A DNA stretch of 64,000 nt from Isurus oxyrinchus. Its lineage: Eukaryota. This document shows positions 50,794 through 62,102 of the stretch, piece after piece. A program made the translations under genes and the position numbers. Position 1 is the first letter of the stretch; every line of letters begins with the position of its first letter. Location of the stretch: assembly GCA_026770705.1 (NCBI GenBank), contig JANJGN010000003.1, forward strand, positions 208,754,001-208,818,000, written 5' to 3'. The notes beneath the pieces are model-generated. The model saw nothing but the letters and a program-made list of their open reading frames with translations. It searched no databases and was not told where the DNA came from.

Positions 50794-52307
50794 CAATGGT
50801 TCTCAAACTCTTTTGGTTGAAACATTTCTTTTCAAATGAATTAGTATCACAGACATGTATCTGAATTACAATATGATATAATACTCATAATATGAGAGTG
50901 CTGCATGTAAACAGCGTTTTAACAATGCTTTGAAGAAGACAGCTATTTACCTTTCATGTCAGATTCAAGTCCCGCTCAAGGGCTTGAGCATAAAAATCAA
51001 GGCTGACTTCCCAGTGCAGTACTAAAGGAGTGCTGCACTGTTAGAGGCGCCGTCTTTCAGATGAGACATTATTCTAAGGTTCCATCTGCCTTCTCGGGTA
51101 GATTTAAAAGATCCCGTGTCACTATTTCAAAGAACAGGTGGTGTCTGGCTAATATTTATCTTTCAATCAATATCACACAAACATAATATCTGATCATTGT
51201 TACATTGCTGTTTGTAGGAGCTTGTTGTTTGCAAATTGGCTGCCACGTCTCCTGTGTTACTAACTATATTTCAAAAGTATTTTATTGGCTCTAAGCACTT
51301 TGAGACATCTGGTGGTTATGAAAAGTGTTACAGAAATGCAAGTTATTCTTTTCTTCAGAGTAGCAGTTTGAAGACTATCTCACTGATGTAGACAGTGATG
51401 AGAGAAACCAGACGAACCAGAGATAAAGGATAAGCATGACTCCATTAACTTTCTACTGCATGCCAATTGAACTGCTTTTAGTGTGGTTCAAGATTGCCTG
51501 TTAAGGGCATACATGCACAATCAATTCATAGGTTACAGCCAATACAACAACTATTGACCAAGTCAGTAACAATAGCAGTCACATCCTATTTAGATGCTTA
51601 ACAGACTCAAAGAAGTATTTTATTAAAAAAATAACTTCCCATAAACATAAAAATTTCCTTCCCACCAATTCTATTACAGTGTACTCACTTGAATTGACAT
51701 TATTTTACAGGCCAGTGTAAAACCAGTCCAATTCCTTAGTCTTATTTAATTATTCAAGAAATTAACTTTATTGCAACATTCTGGATGATTTAAGTAAGAC
51801 AACTAACAGTTTCTCCATAATTGCTAGAAGCAATCCAACAAGAGACTTTTGGAAGCAGAGAGTGCTGGAAATATTCAGCAGCCAGGCACTTGTTTACTCA
51901 ATAAGTCCAAACTGAATGCACCTGAGTAGCACAGCAGCTGCCTCACCCACCCCACAGATCCCACCCCCTGCACCCCACCCCACCCCACCCCACAGACCCC
52001 TCCCCCACCTCACAATTTCTAGGGAATGTAAGTGTCAGGCTCACTGCTGAAAATCATGGCAACTGAGGTACCCATCACCAGGAAGAAGGCCAAGAATTCA
52101 GTTCCTTTGGAGCTGCGCATCTTGTCAGCTACATATACGGGGCTAACACTAACTACCTTTAGTTTATATAAAGCAGGCAGCTTGCCTTTTTTTCTTTTCT
52201 TCCCCCTTGTATTTTTCTCTCTCACCCATGAAAGATTATTTTAAGGACTCCTGGGAAAATCTCATCCGACCCCCAGGGGTCTGCAGATCCCAGACTTTGA
52301 ACCACTG
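50794..52307. mobile_element. Probable non-autonomous hAT (Charlie-like) element
   Basis: caatggttctcaaa ... tttgaaccactg termini; the 8-bp flanks match only partly (tgctagct/cacgagca). Confidence 0.55.
50960..51350 (+). mobile_element. Deu-domain SINE (SacSINE1-like) with L2-type tail
   Basis: B-box-like gattcaagtcc, then cagtgcagtact...gtgctgcactg...gtctttcagatgagac...aaagatccc...cactatt; tail aagcactttgagacat...aaatgcaagt. Confidence 0.75.
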
Positions 52308-52604
52308 CACGAGCAGACGGAGGATAATCATCATCGTTAGTCACAACCCAGTGTAAGCTATCAACTGGGTAAACTTTAGGAAAAGCTTCAGCTTCATTGT
52401 GCATTTAGGGAAAAAAAACAAAATTGCGAGATTCAAAAGTTTCAGTGCAAGACGATGCTCAGAAATTGAGTTTCTTGCAATGAATTCACAAGAGTTGGCA
52501 TCTCTCTAATAAACAGTTTTAAAAAAAATTTCAAGAAGCCAAGCTTGTTGTTGATGCTTAAATGCACCATCAGTTGTGTTACTCAAACCAGGAAGGTCAT
52601 AAGA

Positions 52605-52890
52605 AAAAAAGATTTGCATTTCTTTAGCGATTTTCCCAACCCCAGGATGTCCCAAAGTGCTTTATAGCCAATGAAGTACTTTTTATGTGTAGTCACTGTT
52701 GTATGTAATATAAACAGCAACCAGAATTGTGCACAGCAAGGTCCCTCAAACAGCACTCAAATAAATGACCAGATTTTTTTTTGAGTGTTCCTTGGAGGAT
52801 GCATGTTGGCCAGATCACTGGGAGAACTTCCCTGCTCTTCTTCAAATAGTGCCATGGACCTTTTATGTCATCTGACAGGAAAGCCAAAAG
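52605..52890 (-). mobile_element. Deu-domain SINE, second partial copy
   Basis: Reverse complement of the 3' two-thirds of 50960-51350. Confidence 0.7.
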
Positions 52891-53104
52891 TACTACCACT
52901 GAGTACTACCACTACACTAGTCTTGGGTTTGAACCTCAGTATAGACTGAGTTACTTAATTTCAGCTAAGGTGGTGGTAGAGACTATACTGTCTCCCATGT
53001 CCCTGTGAAATGGACACTCTACACCCATACGTCCCACTACACAATCACCCATTGCCACCTTTGATGCCCTTGACTCCATAACGAACCCATAATGTCCACA
53101 TAAT

Positions 53105-54329
53105 GGACGGAATTGTCCCAGATTTGACTAAATGCGGTAGCGGGCAGGTAAAACGACATTTTACCCGCTGGCCGCAATGGTGGGTTTTCACGCCATATCA
53201 TTCCAAACCCACCACATTATTTATGCATTCCTGGGAAACATGCCGTTTCCATGGCAAGCAGGCTGCAATTCGCCTGCCTCGCTGTTTCATCATGCCAGGC
53301 TCCACATTTAAAATATAGCCACGCTCAGTGCTTCCAGCTCAGGACCGCAGCAAAGAAGACATGGCTCCGAAAGGCTAGAAGACTGCAGCCCTTGATTGCC
53401 TTTTTGGCACCGAGGTGGCCTGCTGTGATGTCCTCCAACCCCGCTCTGGCCATAGGAGGGGCAGCAACATTATCACTCCAGCTTGGTAGGCGATGGCAAT
53501 GGTGACCAATGCCTATGCAGCACAGAGGAGGTTGGCCACTCAATGCAGATAGAGGCTGAACTATCTCATCTGAGCAGCAAGGGTATGGCAACCATCTCAT
53601 CACACTAAACTTACACACTCAAGCCCATCACACATTTACTGGCATCTCACTCACTGCTAGCTCAAGGGACATCACCTCTGATTCTCACACACACATCCTC
53701 ACATGTCCATCTGGCCTCATCTCCCCTGGAAACTGCCTCTTCAGCCCTCACCATCTTGAGGCCACTTACACAGATCAACATGTGCCCTCCACACACACCA
53801 TGGGTTGCCCTTCTTCCCCAGTAAAGCTCTCGTCCTTGCCTGAGGCCACTTCTCCCCCTTCGCCAGCAAGACCTTGCCCTGCAGCCGTTGAAAAGCCACC
53901 CACATATGGCTGATCTGGTAGGTAGAGAACTACGCATGAGCCCCCCTAAATGTGATGATGTGCTGTCTGTGAAGCCTGGCGCTGATGACTGCAAGTGCTG
54001 ACTGAAGCAAGGTAGGCAAACAAACCTTGAAGTGCTGAGCAAAGTGCAGCCTGCCAAGTGCACGTCGCTCATGTGTTGTTGTAAAACACATCGACATGTT
54101 TTCTTGCTGATGTGGGCAGACGATCCAGCGGTGGTCTGGCTTAGTAATGATATGCTGATGTATTACAATGAGGTTGCTGATATCTGATGGCGGGGAACGT
54201 GACCTGCCATCGGTGGGCTGAGCAGACGAGTGCAAACTGGTTTCACGCCGTTGTGAAACCAATCGCGCCATACCAGCTGCTCATGCCACTGAACACGCCC
54301 GACGCTGGTGGGCACAGAGAATCTCAGCC
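53105..54329. mobile_element. Internally deleted Harbinger related to 18893-24167
   Basis: Same terminal regions, retains Myb exon 1 (atggctccgaaaggc at 53361), TSD AAT/AAT. Confidence 0.85.
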
Positions 54330-55068
54330 AATATTTCACCGTGGTTGTTCCCCAGTATGGCTCTCATCTTGGTTCCCTTAAGTACAAGAGACATAGACTT
54401 GACTGTCAATGCCCTTAACTATACTTTTCCAGGTCAGGTAGGACCACTTAAAGCATGAAGAATACTGTTGCCCTCTGCTAACATTGCTCACTATGCCAAG
54501 ATCATCTTGGAATGCAAAGATAACCCTTGGGTTCTATTCTCCACCACAAACCATCTCCTTAAACCACCCTTCCCTGCATCCTTCTCTCTCAAGCCCAATG
54601 AATGCAAGGAGCTCATGTACTTCTTTGTTCAAAACTTGAGACCGTCTGTTCAGCTGCCTCTCCCAGCCTTCCTGTCACCCACTGGGCCACTCTTCCTCTA
54701 AGGCTCCCCACTACCCCAGCCTTGAACTTGGATCTTCTTCAATTTTCTCTCCTGTCTTCCATCTTGTTCTTTCTGTGCTCATCTTTTCCTGCTGCCTTGA
54801 CCCTATTAACACTAGACTGTTGATCACCCAATTTCCCTTCGGGGCCGCTTAGTTATAGCTGATGTTGTTAATGGTTCTGTCTGCCCAGGGAATGCCTGCC
54901 TCCCCTTGAAACCCACTGTCATCACGTGTGGTCTCTAAAAAAACTACCCTTGACACCTCTATCTTTACGAAGTCCTTGAAATTGTTGTCCTCTCCCAAAT
55001 CTGCGCCATTTTCCCTGACACTTCGATGCTCAATTAGATTTCCAGCCCACCACATTCTGAAAAAGCTG

Positions 55069-56640
55069 TTATATACCCATAGATGTTTACAGCACAGACG
55101 AAGTCCATTTGGCCCATCATGTGTGCCAGTCAACAAAGATCTGACAACACTAATCCCATTTTCTAACACTTGGCCCATAGCCCTGGAGGCCATGGCAACG
55201 CAAGTGAATATCTAAATACTTCTTAAATGTTACAAGAGTTTCTGACTCAACCACCCTTTCAGGCAGTGGGTTCCAGACTCCCACCACCCTCTGGGTGAAA
55301 AAATTTCTCCTCAACTCCCCTCTTAGCCTTCTACCTCGTACCTTAAATCTATGCCCCCTGGTTATTGACCCTTTTACTAATGGAAAAAATGCCCTCCTAT
55401 CCACCCTATTTAAGTCCCTCATAATCTTATACACCTCTATCAGGTTCCCTCTCAACCTTCGTTGCTCCAAGGCCTCATAGGTCAGACCCTCCAGCCCAGG
55501 CAGCGTCCTAGTAAATCTCCTCTGCACCCTCTCCAGTGCAATCATATCCTTCCTAAAAAGCGGTGACCAGAATTGCACGCGGTACTCCAGTTGATGCCTA
55601 ACCAGCGTTTTATACAGTTCCAGCATAACCTCCCAGCTCTTGTATTCTATGTCTCAGCTAATAAAGGCGTGTACCCCATATGCCTTCCTAACCACCTTAT
55701 CTACCTGCCCTGCTACTAACAGGAATCTGTGGATATGCGCACCAAAGTCCCTCTGATCTTCAGTACCTTCCAGGGTCCTATTCTTCATAGTGGAATCCCT
55801 TGTGTTGTTAGCCCTCCCCAAGTGCATTACATCACACTTTTCTGGGTTTAATTTCATTTGCCACTGCTCTGCCTACCTGACCAGTCCATTGATAGCCTCC
55901 TGCAGTTTACGGCTATCCTCCTCACTGTTTACCAACCTACCAATTATCATGTCATATGCAAACTTCTTGATCATACCCCCTATATTTAAGTCCAAGTCAC
56001 TTATGTACACCACAAGCAACAAGGACCCCAGTACTGAGCCCTGTGGAACCCTATTGGAAACAGACTTCCAGTCAAAGAAACATCCTTCTACCATCACCCT
56101 CTGTTTCCTGCCTCTCAGCCAATTTTGGATTCAAAGTGCCACTTTGCCTTGGATGCCATGGGCTCTTATTTTCTTGGCCAGTCTGCCATGAGGGATGTTT
56201 TCAAAGGCCTTGGCTAAAGTCCATGTAGACCACATCAAATGCATTACCTTCATCAACACCCTTGGTTACCTCCTCAAAAAATTCAATCAAATTTGTCAAA
56301 CATGACCTTCCCTTAACAAATCCATGCTGACTATCACTGTTTAATCTATGTCTCTCCAAGTGCAAATATATTCTGTCCCTCAGAATTCTTTCTATTAACT
56401 TCCCCATCACTGAGGTTAGACTGACTGGCCTGTAATTTCCTGGTCTATCCCTTCCTCCCTTTTTTAATAATGGGACAACATTAGCAGTCCCCTGGCACAT
56501 TACCTGTGGCCAGAGAGAATTTGAAAATTACTGCCAGGGCCCTTGATATCTCTTCCCTTGCCTCCCTCAATACTTGGGATACATCTCATCCAGGCCTGTG
56601 GATTTATCCATTCTAAGGCTTCTAAACCCACTAGTACCTC
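55069..56640 (-). mobile_element. CR1 LINE 3' half
   Basis: ANVVPLLKKG...GNYRPVSLTSVMGK, VPQGSVLG, LVRHQLEY.VQFWSP, RRLRGNLIEVYKI. Confidence 0.93.
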
Positions 56641-57387
56641 CTTATCAAAGTCACAAACATCCTGTATGACTGAGGCCATGATAAACTATCCAAGCTCATC
56701 TTTCTCAACCTGTATGCAGCCTTTGACATGGTAGACCACACTATCCTCCTCCAGTGCTTCTCCTCTGTCTTCCAACATGGTGGGACAGCATTTGCTGATT
56801 TGATTCTTATGTATCCAGTTGTAGCCAGAGAACTTGCAATGGCTTCTCTTCTGCTCCCACACCATTACCTCTGGAGTTCCCCAATTGTCCATTCTTGGTT
56901 CCCTCCTGTTTCTTATCTGAATGCTGCCCCTCAGCACATCATTTGAAAACACCGCAGATTCTACATGTACGCAGATGACATCTCACCACCAGCTCTGTCA
57001 ATCCTTCCACCATCTCTGATTTGTCACACTTCTTGACCAATGGATGAGCAGAAACTTTCTTCCACAAGGTATTGGGAAGACTGAAGCCATTATCTTTGTT
57101 CCCCACCACAAACTCTGTTCCCTAGCACTGGCTACTTATATTTTCCTGATGAATTTCTGAGCTTGAACAAGGCTATTCATAATCTTAATGTTGTCTTCAA
57201 CACTGAGATGAGCTACTGATCATATATCTACTTCATCACTAAGGCTGTCTACTTTCGCTTTCATAATATTGCACAACTCTGCCTCTACCTCAGCTCATTT
57301 GCTACTCAAACCCTAATTCAAGCTTTTGTTATCTTTAGATATGACTATCCTAATGCACTTCTGGCTGGACTCCTGTATTCTATCCTC

Positions 57388-58390
57388 TGTTATTACCTGG
57401 GACCAGACCCCCAAGATTTTGTTAAGGTCTGGTGAGGTTTTTGTTTAAAGTAGACAACATTGAGATCCAAGACACTTACTAAAATAGTAAAGTCACAAGA
57501 TTCCATAGGTTTTGAACAAACAAAAATAAATTTTACTATACAAGGTCAGAAAGATATAACAATTTATAATATCTATCTTATATCTAACATTAATACGAGG
57601 TGCACATGAATTACCAGGCAAACTGTACAATAAATGGCAGATGTGACCAAGACAGGTTCCATGGATTTCTCAACAACCAACTCAGACATCAGTAAACTGT
57701 ATGGATCAACCAAACTCATTGAAGCTCTATCTCTCTCATGGGGGATTCCAGTTTTTACCTTTAAAGGTCTCACCTTGGAAATCTCTCCAAAGGTCATTCT
57801 AGCTCAGATGGCCTCAACGACAGCATGTCTCCAAGTGTTTTAATCTTGCCTCCCAAGACTCTGTTCTCCTGGAATCCTGAGTCTGCACCCCAGCATCAAC
57901 TCACAAGCACTACGTAAGCTCTTTAGTGCGCTGAGCAGAACTCTACTGCTCCAATGAGGTGCCTTTGCCCCAACTGCCCGCAGCCTTCTGTTGACTTCTT
58001 CAATTGCCAGGGTTTCTCATGTGCACTCTTTGATGACCAGAGCTTCTCCTGAGCCCTCACCATTTTAAGGTATGTCAGCCATCGCCCTTTTACTTTTTGA
58101 AGCCTCTTTCTCTGCTCCCTTCTTCTGAACTGAGATCGCTCTCTGCCCCTCCTTCCTGTCCTCTGCCTGGGACTCTTTGCGATTATGCCATTCCACTCCT
58201 GGGTCACGTGACCCTATTTTCATGCCTTTTTTTTCACAAGTGCAATAGGCTGGTCCCCAGCCCCAAGAACTTCAAATGCTGTACTGCGCATGCATAGCCC
58301 GCTCCCTGTCTGCACATGTATGCAAACTCCTGAGGCATGCTGGGTGTTGTAGTTTGCAGCTTCCTAATGATAAGTCTGGACCTCATAACA
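57388..58390 (-). mobile_element. Solo LTR inserted in L2
   Basis: TGTTAT...ATAACA 6-bp terminal inverted repeat, near-TSD cctc/ccta, L2 resumes afterwards. Confidence 0.75.
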
Positions 58391-59403
58391 CCTACCTAAA
58401 CTTGAGGTCATGCAAAACTCTGCCACCCAGTGTTCACTACTCACCCATCACCTAGCTCTCCTTGCGAACCTACATTGATTCCCAACGGCTATTTTAAAAT
58501 TCTCATCGTTGTTTCCAAATCCCTCTTTGAGCTCACCCCTACTTACTTCAATAACTTCCTCCAGCCCTACAAACTTTTAAGATCTCTTGAGATCCTCCAA
58601 TTCTGACTTCTTGCACATCCCTGATTTTAGTTGTTCAATCATTGATGGCCATGCCTTCAGCTGCCAAGGCCGTAAGCTCAGTAATTCTTCTCTAAAAAAG
58701 AATTTCTCTAAAATATTTCTCCCTTTAAAACATTTTAAGACATCTGATCTCTTTGACCAAAATTTTGGTCATCGGCTTTGATATCTCCTTCTATGGCTCA
58801 TTGTCAAATTTCGATTGATAAAGCTCTAATGAGGCATCTTGAATGCTTTGCTGCTTCAAAGGTGCAATTTAAATGCAAGTTGTTGTTGCGGCCAATTCTC
58901 TGCTCTCCGATTGCCGGGTAGTGCCCCTGCCACTGGCTTATTGCCGTTGGTGCTGACTCGTGCCTGTTGAGTGGGCTATCAATTTTGTCAGCTATTAGGC
59001 AGAAAATGGTCCAAGAAAATTTGTTCATTTGGGGCTCCTCAGCACCCTCCATGCCTTTATCTAGGCGGATATAGCTGGTTCTTCAGATTCAGAACAGTCC
59101 CAACTTGCACATCGAAATATTGCTGTTTGTGGTTTACTAAACCATGCAGTGCCAATTAGTCTGTTATAAATGACTTGAAAGTATTAATAAAACCCCAGCA
59201 GTACTGACGGATTATGAGATTTATTCTGCCAGCGAAAATGACACATTGAATTGTATCTGAATTTAATAGTGCCACTGAGAACACTAGCATTTCGTTTTTT
59301 TTCTTTTTTAATGTGTTTCTTTTTGGTGTTTAATACCTTAACCTTTAAGCAACATTGGTTTGATATCATGATCCAGTGAGATAAGGTTTCATTGTTTCCT
59401 TAG

Positions 59404-59475
59404 GGTGAGAGAGGCCCACCTGGATATAACGGTACACTTGGAGATGATGGATGTCCAGGTCCCAGGGGCTTCACG
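59404..59475 (+). CDS. COL6A6-like: Collagen VI Gly-X-Y exon, 72 bp, with helix Cys and NGT sequon
   Basis: ccttag| GERGPPGYNGTLGDDGCPGPRGFT |gtaat. Confidence 0.93.
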
Positions 59476-59579
59476 GTAATAACATGTTACTAATCTATTC
59501 ACATCAGTGACATTTAAATTAAAAAATTCCATTACATCTTAGTCTTACAGTTTTATAATCAACTACGTATGTATTTCAG

Positions 59580-59606
59580 GGAAGAAGAGGTTATCGAGGA
59601 CAGAAG
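59580..59606 (+). CDS. COL6A6-like: Collagen VI Gly-X-Y micro-exon, 27 bp
   Basis: tttcag| GRRGYRGQK |gtaaat. Confidence 0.9.
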
Positions 59607-59727
59607 GTAAATACGGCATTATATAATTTTTTAATTTATAATTGCTTTCTGCTATGAAATTTGAACATTTTCTTCAGCCTGACCTTTGTTTACCAATGTA
59701 CTAAAACCCAATGTTCTGTTGTAACAG

Positions 59728-59772
59728 GGTAATGATGGAGACTTTGGTATCAGTGGAATAATTGGAGAGCAG
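59728..59772 (+). CDS. COL6A6-like: Collagen VI Gly-X-Y exon, 45 bp
   Basis: taacag| GNDGDFGISGIIGEQ |gtatga. Confidence 0.92.
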
Positions 59773-59834
59773 GTATGAATTATCTGAACTAGATTTTCAC
59801 AGAAAGACCTATTTACAAATACTTTATAAATAGT

Positions 59835-60235
59835 AATACACCATAGATGTCGGTGTATAAGTCAACCTTTAAAGCCTCAGAAAATTCCCTCTAAAAATGG
59901 TGGTTGACTTATACGCCTTTGGTGTGGGTGGTCATCATCTTTGCCGTTTGCCACACAGGTTTGGCCCTGTGCAGACGTGTCTTAAACTCCCGCACATATT
60001 CACAACTTTGTGAATAATAACTGCTGCATCCCATGCACCATTATAAGATACCGGTAGGTAAAGCATCCATTTGTGGGGTGATAAATTAAGGCTGACTATT
60101 AATGCGAGTATGGCATGTCATGGCTGAAAAGGGGTCGGATTTATAAGGCAGAGTATATGCAAAAACCTGAGAAATGGGGCCGAAAAATGAGGTCCTCAAA
60201 TACACCAGGTCGATTAACATGTCCCAATCTATGCT
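59835..60235. mobile_element. Probable Tc2/pogo-type MITE remnant
   Basis: Inverted repeat ggtgtataagtcaacc (59852-59867) / ggttgacttatacgcc (59902-59917), with weaker echoes near 60.1-60.2 kb. Confidence 0.45.
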
Positions 60236-60300
60236 AATACATTTAAATTATAATGTATATCGTAATTAATATAATTATTAGGAATATTGTGTTCTTGCAG

Positions 60301-60354
60301 GGAGATTATGGAATTTCTGGACCTTCCGGTGAAAACGGCATTAGTGGAAAACCG
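60301..60354 (+). CDS. COL6A6-like: Collagen VI Gly-X-Y exon, 54 bp
   Basis: ttgcag| GDYGISGPSGENGISGKP |gtaaaa. Confidence 0.92.
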
Positions 60355-61440
60355 GTAAAATCTTTCCTGTTATCTGTTAACAGTCATGACCAAGAAATTT
60401 ATTTCTACTGCTTTGTAGAGAATTGTCCGGGGCAGATTTTTTGGTCCCGCTGAAGTTTATGGACTTTTGAACGGCTCGCCGAATTTTATGGCCCCACCCC
60501 CGCCATGGTGGGGCCATAAAATTCCACTCCCTGTTCCAGTGATGTACAAGGGGAAAAAACTGCAGGTGCAGCAAATACATTCATTTGTATCAGTAAAAAG
60601 AAAAGGAAATATAATGCTTCAGGTACAGTTCCTAGCCTAAATACTTCAAGTGTGCACCAATGCCTGCCAACATTGAAAACTGGAAAATTGTACAGCCTAA
60701 GATTTGTAAAATTTCCTCCCCCAGCCACCATCCCATTAACCTACCCTTTCTTTTATTCAGATACCCATGGACCTCCTTGGTATTTGTAGTATTTTCTGTT
60801 CTGATTCAGATTTATGTCAGAGCTGCAACTTCTCGGTTTGATGACAAAACATCAATCCTAGTTTATATAACAAAAGAAATGAAGACAGGAAAACTATCTG
60901 ATGGCAATGGGTGTTAAAACATGAAAAACAATGGAGGAGAATATGTGAATAATTGTTCAAAACGAGAATAGTACAGAATATTACTGGTTAATTTTACCTT
61001 GGGCTTGTAAATTGAATATGGGTTGCAGTAGAATTATGATTATAGTACACCCTGTTCCTGCTCCACTGCCACACCAACACCTGCCTGCATCAGGTGGGAG
61101 CCTTCCTAGAGCATGTAAACTGGGATTCTTTGATGTATGTAGGATCCAAGTCCAATTTAGAAGCAGAACTGGGCAGAATGTGCACAAGAATGCTGAACTG
61201 GGAGAAAGCAGAAGCCCCATTTCAAGCCAGGTGCTGGTACAGAGGGAGGTCATTGGGTCCTTTAGCCTCGTGCCTCTGCTAGTCCTACATTGGAGTTATC
61301 TACAAGAAACTCTATTCTCTGTTCATTCCCAACGTTCTTAATATTTTCACTCTTCTCATGTTCATGCGATTTCCTTGTAAATGTCATGATTGACAGAGCT
61401 TCAGTATATACTTGTGATAATACATTCTGTTACAAATATG

Positions 61441-62102
61441 GGGCTGCATTTTGCCATCGGTGAGCAGGGGGCGGGGCCTGCTCGCCGACATGTAAAATGA
61501 CATGGGATGACTACGGGGGTACATCCCGGCCCATTTAAATTTTCAGGAAGGTGGGCCCGCAGCAGAATCAGCAGAACCAATTGAGGCCATTGACAGGATC
61601 ATTGAAACACTTAAAGGACCTGCCCATCCAACCTTAAGGTTAGTGGACAGGCCAGGAGCCACGGCGGGCAATTGAAAAAACATGAAACCTCATCCACCGG
61701 CGGGATGAGGTTTCATGTAGGGATTTAAACAGTTTAAGAAAGTTTTAGTGTAATTTATGAACATGTCCCATCTCATGTGACATTGTCACATAAGGGGGAC
61801 ATGTTGAGGATTTTTTTATTTTTCTATTTTTAACATTTTTAAAAGTGTAAGCAATCTCCCTGAGGCAGCACTTTGCCTCAGGGAGATGTGCCCACACTTT
61901 TCTGCGCATGCACGCTTTTGAGGAATCCTCCCCGCCCGCATAGGAAGCGCTTGGGCTTCCCGCTGAATGTCACGCTGGGCGGGCCTTAATTGGCCCGCCC
62001 TTGTAAAATGGTGGCAGGGCCTGCTTCTCCAGTGGGGATTGGCTCCCCGCCCGTTGGAGATTGAGTTGGGCCCGACCGCCCGGTGGGCAGAAAATTCTGC
62101 CC
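61441..62102. mobile_element. Harbinger-type MITE, copy 5
   Basis: gggctgcatttt ... aaaattctgccc, TSD ATG/ATG; reverse orientation to copy 1. Confidence 0.87.

Larger units (their letters stand above)
54400..58885 (+). mobile_element. L2 LINE in three pieces (54400-55068, 56641-57387, 58391-58885)
   Basis: HYAKIILECKDNPWVLFST; AAFDMVDHTILLQ; YMYADD; FKILI; tail ...aaatgcaagttgttgttg. Confidence 0.8.
15602..59403 (+). other. 43,802-bp GT-AG intron filled with transposons
   Basis: Flanking exons join in frame (...GEEGGA|GERGPPG...); no other Gly-X-Y exon seen between them. Confidence 0.85.

Noticed and set aside
9573-62102. CRISPR-like array or bacterial REP/terminator reading of the palindromes
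   Set aside because: Palindromes are non-identical, lie inside dispersed TIR/TSD-bounded elements, and the context is a spliced vertebrate gene.
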